Source: Candidatus Latescibacterota bacterium (GTDB taxonomy: Bacteria; Latescibacterota; UBA2968; GCA-2709665). From it: a stretch of DNA of 64,000 bases. Every line of letters begins with the position of its first letter. The first letter of the stretch is position 1. Location of the stretch: contig CBDCOX010000002.1 in assembly GCA_965219995.1 (NCBI GenBank), positions 5,312,001 through 5,376,000 on the forward strand, in the 5' to 3' direction. Shown here piece after piece: positions 57,833 through 64,000 of this stretch. Made by a program: the position numbers and the translations under genes. The notes beneath the pieces are model-generated. The model had not been told where the DNA came from and made no database searches. It saw nothing but the letters and a program-made list of their open reading frames with translations.

Positions 57833-60154
57833 CTACCGCCCGGACTCCATCACGTTTCTTGCAAAGAAGCCGGCGAGCTTGCGAATGAAGTAAGCCTCCC
57901 CCGCGCCGGTGTAGCCGTGCCCCTCCTCGGGAAGCACGACCTGGTCGTGGTCGACGCCGGCATCGATCAGCGCCCGGCTCATGCGCATGAACTCCGGAAA
58001 CGTCGCGAAATCCGCCAGGCCGCCCACCAGCATCAGCCGGCCCTTGACCTGCGGCGCCAGGCGGTAGGGGGATGCGAACTCGTAGGCGCTCTTGGCCCGC
58101 TCCGGCAGGTCGAGGTAGGGCTCGTACAGGAGCGACGCGTAAGGGTTGAAGCCCGGTGCGCTCGAGACCGCGGCCCGGTACAGGTCCGGCGCCTGGGCCA
58201 GCGCCGCGAAGGCGTAGTAGCCGCCCCAGGAGTGGCCCCAGATGCCGACGCGGTCGAGGTCCATGAAGGGATGCCGCTCGCCGAGCTGACGGATGGCGGC
58301 GGCATGGTCCGCGATCTCGTTCTGGCCCCAGCTCCGGTAGATGACGTCCTGGAACGCCTTCGAGCGCTCCGGCGTGCCCCGCCCGTCGAGGGTGACGACC
58401 ACGTAGCCGAGCTGCGCCATGGCCCGCGGCAGGTTCTGCGTCTTCGACAGGCCGAGCGAGAACGTCCTGTCGGTCGCGACGATCTGGGGTCCGGCGTAGA
58501 GGTATTCGAGCACCGGGTACGTCTTGTCGGGGTCGAAGTCGTACGGCCGGTGCATCACGCCCCAGAGATCGGTCTCGCCGTCGGCGGCCTTGACGCTGAA
58601 CTCCACCGTCGGCGTCCAGCCCAGCGATTCCAGCGCGCCGATGTCGGCTGCAGCCAGGGTGCGGGCCAAGGCGCCGTCGGCGGAGCGCAGATCGACGCGC
58701 GGCGCCCGGCCGGGACTCGAGTGGGTATCGAGGAACCAGGCGAGGGACGGGGAGAACCGCACGGCGTGCTGGCCTTCCCCCTCGGTCAGCCGCTGCACGG
58801 CGCCACCGCCGAGCGGCACCCGGTACAGGTGGGTGTCGTAGACCCGGGGACGCTCGCCATGGGCCGTGAAGTACACCCAGCCGTTCTCCTGGTCGACTTC
58901 CCGCACCTCGAGCACCGGGTAGTCGCCCCGCGTCAACTGGCGTTCGAGACGCCCGTCGTTGCGATACAGGTAGAGGTGATTCCAGCCGTCCCGCGTCGAT
59001 TCCCACAGGAAGCCGCTCCCGTCCGGCAGGGCCGTGAAGCCGGTATTGCCGAAGGAGACGACATCGTGCTGGATCTTGACGAAGGTATCGGCCGTCTCGG
59101 TGAACAGCGTGCGCACCGATCCGTCCCGGGCGTTTGCGGCCATGACGTCCACCGACTTGAAGTCCCGGGAGAAACGCGCGAACAGCGCTTCCGACGAGTC
59201 CGGCAGCCATCCGAGCAGGTTGAAGTAGCGGTCCTCCGTATCCACGTCGACGGCGACCCGCTCGCCCGAGAGGATGTGCAGGATGTGGGGCCGCACATGG
59301 TCGAGGTGACCCCCGGCGACGGCGAAGGGCCGCAGGACGATGCGCTCGAGGGTGTCCATGTAGCGCAGTTCCCCCTTGCGCGGCAGCTTCGACCGGTCGG
59401 TCAGGGTCGCCCAGAGCTTCAGGCTGTCCGGAGACCAGGGGGTGAACGGCACGTAGACGATGGAGATGCCCGCGCCGAGGGTGAGGCGCGTGCTCTCCAC
59501 GTCCCAGGCGTCGTCGAACGTGCCGTCGGCCGTGAGCGCATGGACGCCGCCGTCCGCCGCCGAGCGCAGGGCCACGTTCTCGTCGATCAGCGTCGCGTAC
59601 CACTTGCCGTCCGGGGAGCGCACCTCGGGCGACGGCGTGGGCAGGCCGAAGTAGTTGCGGCGCGGGAAGGTGCCCGGCCGCACGTTGGCGGCCGGCGTCG
59701 CGGCCGGCGCGGGTTGGGGCTCGACCACGTAAGCCGCCATGTCCAGGCTGAACCGCGCGCCTTCCAAGGCGAAGCTCGCCGTGGCGCCGTCGGGAGACAA
59801 CTGGAAGGTCTCGAACGGGACCCCGGCGTAGGGCGGCTCGTGGCCGATCGCCGCGGCGATGGCGGCACGCAGGCGCGGGACGTCGAACAGCGGCTCCACG
59901 GTGTCGGCGGCCGGATCCACGCGCCAGATCACCCGGTTGGCCGGCCCGCCCTCGGCGAACCAGAAGCTCGAGCCGTCGGCGAGCCAGTTGGGCTCGATGG
60001 AGGCGCCTTTCACGAGCGTCGCGAACTCGAGATAGCGCTCGAACACCGCCTGCCGGCGGTCGTCGGCCGCCGCCAGCGGCGCAACCGTCATTGATGCCAA
60101 CGCGGCTGTCAACGCGAAGACGATCGCCGCCCGCACTCTCCCGCTTCGGTTCAT
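57833..60154 (-). CDS. Secreted S9 DPP-IV-like peptidase
   Basis: GWNHLYLY, YAGPQ, DGRGTPERS, GHSWGG, EGHG. Confidence 0.92.
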   Translation of the reverse strand: MNRSGRVRAAIVFALTAALASMTVAPLAAADDRRQAVFERYLEFATLVKGASIEPNWLADGSSFWFAEGGPANRVIWRVDPAADTVEPLFDVPRLRAAIAAAIGHEPPYAGVPFETFQLSPDGATASFALEGARFSLDMAAYVVEPQPAPAATPAANVRPGTFPRRNYFGLPTPSPEVRSPDGKWYATLIDENVALRSAADGGVHALTADGTFDDAWDVESTRLTLGAGISIVYVPFTPWSPDSLKLWATLTDRSKLPRKGELRYMDTLERIVLRPFAVAGGHLDHVRPHILHILSGERVAVDVDTEDRYFNLLGWLPDSSEALFARFSRDFKSVDVMAANARDGSVRTLFTETADTFVKIQHDVVSFGNTGFTALPDGSGFLWESTRDGWNHLYLYRNDGRLERQLTRGDYPVLEVREVDQENGWVYFTAHGERPRVYDTHLYRVPLGGGAVQRLTEGEGQHAVRFSPSLAWFLDTHSSPGRAPRVDLRSADGALARTLAAADIGALESLGWTPTVEFSVKAADGETDLWGVMHRPYDFDPDKTYPVLEYLYAGPQIVATDRTFSLGLSKTQNLPRAMAQLGYVVVTLDGRGTPERSKAFQDVIYRSWGQNEIADHAAAIRQLGERHPFMDLDRVGIWGHSWGGYYAFAALAQAPDLYRAAVSSAPGFNPYASLLYEPYLDLPERAKSAYEFASPYRLAPQVKGRLMLVGGLADFATFPEFMRMSRALIDAGVDHDQVVLPEEGHGYTGAGEAYFIRKLAGFFARNVMESGR

Positions 60155-60310
60155 GGTCTCAGCTCCGGGTCGTTCCATCGGCCCGCGCCGATGGTCAGGC
60201 GAATGGACGCATACCCGTCGTCCTTACCTCAAGCCGGCCGCGCGCTTGGCGTGTCGGCCGGGGCGTCGTACGTGTTCGGGCATTGGGAGCCCTGACGCGC
60301 GGGCTCTTCC

Positions 60311-62266
60311 CTATGTGGGAATGATGGGCAGCTCTACATGGGATGGATACTCACCGCCGTGATGGACGGTGATCGTGGCCCGGCGTCCCTCCGACTCGCG
60401 CACCGTGTCGCCCCCGGTGTTCATGTTGCGGTCGTAGGTCGGCAGGTTCGAACTCGTGATGTCCACGCGGATGCGGTGGCCGGGGCGGAAGTAGTTGGCG
60501 TAGACGAGCATGTCTATCTCGATCGGGTAGACCACGCCGGGTTCCATCAGGACCACCCTGTCGTAGCCCTCGCGATAGCGTAGCCGAAGGTAGCCTTCCT
60601 GCAGCGCGAACGCGCGGCCGTCGGGGTAGACGTCGTAGAGCTTCACGGACAGGTCCGTGTCCGGCACGTCCGTGGACACGTGGATCGTCGCGCGCATCTT
60701 GCCGGTGATCTCGATGCCTTCCGCAAGCGGTTCGCTCGTGTACACGAGGACGTCCGGCCGCTCCTGCACGTCCGAGAGATCGAAGCTGCCGCTGTGCACC
60801 GCGCGTACCGGCTCCAGGATCGGGTCGGCCGGATCGTAGACATAGGTGTCCGATCCGGCTTCGTCCGGCTCGGAAAAGACGACTCTCCCGGATTCCATGC
60901 TGCTGCCCGCCGCGCCACTGCTGGTGAGGAATAAGCGGGTCGGGGTGGTGCCTTCGATGGGCCAGACGTCCGAGGACTTCCACTCGTTCCGTCCGGGAAG
61001 GTAGTACTGGATTCTCGGTTTCCGGTCGAAGCCGTTGTCCACGCCCTTCAGGGTGTAGTCCCACCACCGGAGGTAGGTCCCCCAGATGTCCTTGCGCGCA
61101 TCGCCCATGTCCCTCTGGCCCGACACCGTCCGCGACGAAACGGACTCGATGTTGCAGTGCGCGAGCGGCGAGATGATCACGAACTGGTTGTCGCGCGCGT
61201 ACTGGCTCTCGGCCTTTTCGCTGAAGTGCCGGAACTGCAGGAACGTCTCGTTCACGCCGTAGTCGTGCCACGAGTTGACGTGCAGGGCCGCCGCGTCGAC
61301 CCGGGTGTCGTCCTCCAGGTAATCGCCGCCGTCCCACCAGGGATCCATGGGCTCGCGGGTGAGGTCCTCCCAGTCCGACGGGGGCGAATCGAGATGTTCG
61401 GCGATGTCGATCGAAGGCAGCACCAGCATGGCGTCGACGAAGTACTTGTTGAACAGCTCCGGGCTTTCCGCCATCGACAGCAGGTCGACGTTGAGGTTCG
61501 GGGCCGGGTCGTAGAAGTCGGCCACCCGCAGGAACTCCTCCCGCGAGAGCCGGCGCGACGGGCGGTAGAACAGGTTGGTGCCCGAAAAGTGCGCCCAGAG
61601 CGCCATCGTCAGGTTCGTGGCTCCGCCCCGCTTCCAGAGCTTGGCCATGGTGCCGCCCGCGGTGCCGTGACCGGTGGCGGCGGACTGCGGGACGATGGAG
61701 GTCAGCGCGGGATGCAGCGTCTGGGCCGCCTTGATCTGGTTGGCGCCCGGGATCGAGCAGCCGATCATGCTGCTCCGGCCGCTGAACCAGGGCTGTTCGC
61801 CGAACCAGTCGAGCGTGTCGGCGGCATCCTCGACGTCTCCGTTCAGCACCACGTAGTGGCCTTCCGATTCGAACTTCCCGCGCCGGTCCTGGACGGCGAA
61901 CACGTAACCGTGGCTCGCGTAGTAGTAGGCCTGGTTCGCGGCCGAGATGGGCGCGTCCGGGTCGGCGTTGCGCCGGCTGGCCTTGTCGTACGGGGTCCGT
62001 TCGAGAATGACGGGCAGCCTGCCCTTTGCTTCCACCGGGAATTCGACCGGGAAGTAGAGGTCCGTCGAGAGCCGCACGCCGTCGCGCATCGGAACGAAGT
62101 GGCTGCGCTCGAACCTGACTTCGTAGGGGCCCTTCCCGAACGGGACGGTCTCCGGCTCGGGCGGCGGACTCTCCGCGGCCGGCGTCTCCCCCTCCTGTTC
62201 CGCCGCGCAGCCAAAGATCGCCAACAGAGTCGTGCACAGCAACAGGTGCCGGATCAATGTTCTCAT
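60311..62266 (-). CDS. CocE/NonD family hydrolase, lipoprotein
   Basis: IFGC lipobox, PMRDGVRLSTD, RTPY, QDRRGKFESEG, GCSIPG, SWHD. Confidence 0.9.
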   Translation of the reverse strand: MRTLIRHLLLCTTLLAIFGCAAEQEGETPAAESPPPEPETVPFGKGPYEVRFERSHFVPMRDGVRLSTDLYFPVEFPVEAKGRLPVILERTPYDKASRRNADPDAPISAANQAYYYASHGYVFAVQDRRGKFESEGHYVVLNGDVEDAADTLDWFGEQPWFSGRSSMIGCSIPGANQIKAAQTLHPALTSIVPQSAATGHGTAGGTMAKLWKRGGATNLTMALWAHFSGTNLFYRPSRRLSREEFLRVADFYDPAPNLNVDLLSMAESPELFNKYFVDAMLVLPSIDIAEHLDSPPSDWEDLTREPMDPWWDGGDYLEDDTRVDAAALHVNSWHDYGVNETFLQFRHFSEKAESQYARDNQFVIISPLAHCNIESVSSRTVSGQRDMGDARKDIWGTYLRWWDYTLKGVDNGFDRKPRIQYYLPGRNEWKSSDVWPIEGTTPTRLFLTSSGAAGSSMESGRVVFSEPDEAGSDTYVYDPADPILEPVRAVHSGSFDLSDVQERPDVLVYTSEPLAEGIEITGKMRATIHVSTDVPDTDLSVKLYDVYPDGRAFALQEGYLRLRYREGYDRVVLMEPGVVYPIEIDMLVYANYFRPGHRIRVDITSSNLPTYDRNMNTGGDTVRESEGRRATITVHHGGEYPSHVELPIIPT

Positions 62267-62293
62267 TCGGGGTAGCGTGTCCAAGCGTGTCAT

Positions 62294-62372
62294 CCAGAAA
62301 TCGTAGCCGGCTTCTACACCAAGCTGCCGCGGATAGTCCTGGGTAAAGGTGACGAGACCCATCGCCGGTGTC
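62294..62372 (-). pseudogene. Extreme C-terminal remnant of a TonB-dependent receptor
   Basis: ...GLVTFTQDYPRQLGVEAGYDF followed by TGG (probably a former stop); matches the PRxxGxxxxYxF TBDR terminus. Confidence 0.55.
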
Positions 62373-62374
62373 TG

Positions 62375-62470
62375 GGAGGAGCCTTCAGCCGGGGAAGCTC
62401 CCTCGGCCGCTGACGCGTAAGGAAGTGTCGGTGTTCCTCCCTTCGGCGGATGCGTACTTCCATGCAAGTA
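62375..62470 (+). repeat. 96-bp structured repeat element, copy 3
   Basis: Near-identical to 46903-46998. Confidence 0.88.
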
Positions 62471-62604
62471 GACGGCGTCAGACTCTCCAAGCAGGTTCTT
62501 GCCGAACGCGTAGACGCCGATGTTGCCGATGCTGGCGCGCCCGGCCGGGGGCGCGCGGTTCGTCGAGCGCGACGACGGCGAGCTCGAACTGAGAACCGAT
62601 CTGC

Positions 62605-62874
62605 TCAGTTGCCTGGACGAAACACTTCGTCGAGCGTGTCGGCGTCGAGGACGTTGTCAGCCCAGATCTCGAGATCGGCGGCAGACGCCCGGCGCAGCCT
62701 TTCGGCGGCTTGGGGAGACAGGCGCCCGAACCGGCGCCGGAGTTGCCGTTCGAGGACCGCCCGCTCGCCCTCTACGCGGCCTTGACGGACGCCGCGTTCC
62801 ATGCCTTCCTGCCGACCCTCCTGCCTGCCTTCCTGCCTGGCCTCGTCACGGGCTCTCTCGATGACTCCTGCCAT
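62605..62874 (-). CDS. Putative internally initiated short form (antitoxin-like), 89 aa
   Basis: In-frame ATG (MAGVIERAR) preceded by GGAGGAG. Confidence 0.55.
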   Translation of the reverse strand: MAGVIERARDEARQEGRQEGRQEGMERGVRQGRVEGERAVLERQLRRRFGRLSPQAAERLRRASAADLEIWADNVLDADTLDEVFRPGN

Positions 62875-63558
62875 GACCCTGCTCTCCTCCGCGTAGCCGC
62901 TCTCGTAGCGCCGGTACTCGTCCTCGTCGAGTTCGGCGTAGACGTCGATGAACGTCATGTATTTTGCCCTCCTGTCCGGGTCCGGTTCCACCGCCTCCAG
63001 CCCCCGCACCGCGGCCGCGTAGGCGTCGACCCGGCGCCCGGCCGGGACGCGCATGTTCGGAAGGTTCACCAGCGCCGCCACGTTGCGGCTCTCGCGCCAG
63101 CGCTCGTAAGGCGTCGCGGCAAGCCGGAAGGCGAGGTGGTCGAACGTCAGGTAGGGGCGCCGCTCGGTGCCGAGCACCAACGCCGCCGCGCTCCCGGCCG
63201 GCGCCGTGCCGCGCAGGAAGATCGTCACCGGCACCACGCGGTCCGTCTCGTACAACTGCGCGATGTCCAGGCAGTAGTGCGCGAGGCGGTGCTGCGAGAA
63301 CCGCCGCGCCTCGGTCTCCTGCTCGACGACGAACAGCATCGCCTTGCGGCGGTCGTCGGCCCAGCGGACCAGCAGCGGTGCGTCGAGCTCGCGGAAGCGG
63401 TCGCCGAGGCGCTCCTTGAGCTGCTCCTGGCGCAGCGGCGTGATATCCACCTCGTCGTCCGGCGCCGGCGCCTCCTCGGGGGCAAAGAAGGCCAGCGCGT
63501 CGCGCGGGTAGTCAAGGATGAGGTTCTTGAAGTTCTGGTCGTGGCTGACGCTCGCCAT
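62605..63558 (-). CDS. Rpn-like PD-(D/E)XK nuclease with DUF4351-type C-terminus
   Basis: SHDQNFKNLILDYP, FRELDAPLLV, VVEQET, RQEG repeats, LERQLRRRFG...LEIWADNVLDA. Confidence 0.85.
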   Translation of the reverse strand: MASVSHDQNFKNLILDYPRDALAFFAPEEAPAPDDEVDITPLRQEQLKERLGDRFRELDAPLLVRWADDRRKAMLFVVEQETEARRFSQHRLAHYCLDIAQLYETDRVVPVTIFLRGTAPAGSAAALVLGTERRPYLTFDHLAFRLAATPYERWRESRNVAALVNLPNMRVPAGRRVDAYAAAVRGLEAVEPDPDRRAKYMTFIDVYAELDEDEYRRYESGYAEESRVMAGVIERARDEARQEGRQEGRQEGMERGVRQGRVEGERAVLERQLRRRFGRLSPQAAERLRRASAADLEIWADNVLDADTLDEVFRPGN

Positions 63559-63816
63559 GGCTGCGCCCGGTGCTTTTTTCTGGCCAAAGGATGGGCCGGA
63601 GCGGGGCGGCCGCGCTACGGCAGATCGTCTACATGGCGACGGGCCGATCTCCCACGACCGCGGGGGGCGCTGGACTACACGGGCTCGCGGTTGGCGGCCT
63701 GGGGACGGCGTCCGTCTATGGCACCGGAGCCATCTTGGCAACGCGCCGGGCGATCGTCGCTCCTGCCGGCCGCCAGCCGGCAGCGCCCGCCGCGGGCGGA
63801 AACGGCGCGGAGCCGG

Positions 63817-64000
63817 TCAGTCCCCCGCTTCCGGCGCGTGCTTCCCGAACCACCCGAGCAGCGTCGTCATCTTCGACATCGCGTGGCTCGGCCGCGCCAC
63901 GATGCCGTGCGCCTCGCCCGGAACGCGCACCAGGACGGTCTCCACGCCCTGCAGCTTGAGCGCCTTGTAGTACTGCTCGGACTCGGACATCGGCGTGCGC
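63817..64000 (-). CDS. C-terminal end of an S9 family peptidase (partial)
   Basis: Manual translation RTPMSESEQYYKALKLQGVETVLVRVPGEAHGI...WFGKHAPEAGD*. Confidence 0.88.
   Translation of the reverse strand, partial: RTPMSESEQYYKALKLQGVETVLVRVPGEAHGIVARPSHAMSKMTTLLGWFGKHAPEAGD

Noticed and set aside
1011-64000. Classical integron cassette array
   Set aside because: No integrase, genes in both orientations, and no RYYYAAC...GTTRRRY attC sites recognised

Overview
High-GC (visually ~65-70%) proteobacterial accessory region, probably gammaproteobacterial given a CTGT-N8-ACAG LexA-type box. Its gene content resembles that of marine/sponge-associated lineages, which is an inference. Most of the window is a long run of largely secreted hydrolase genes: 6 S9 peptidases, 3 CocE/NonD hydrolases, amidohydrolases, 2 M19 dipeptidases, several alpha/beta hydrolases, GGT, a beta-lactamase-like serine hydrolase, proline iminopeptidase and CapA, plus TonB-dependent receptors. 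I recognised no dedicated transcription regulator or inner-membrane transporter. Interspersed are addiction/defence genes: MazEF, VapBC, RelBE-like, PIN/excisionase-HTH, two Rpn-family genes with internal RBS+ATG, an AAA/DUF4143 ATPase preceded by a 22-23 bp periodic repeat array, an IS1634-disrupted NucS-like nuclease, and an MTase with an upstream SOS box. Turnover is heavy: two diverged duplications each enclose an addiction module, about ten gene remnants are present, and there are two hydrolase-cyclophilin fusions. A structured repeat family (core GAGCCHTCAGCCGGGSA) sits at gene starts and deletion junctions. All calls come from reading the sequence and the ORF track; no searches were run.
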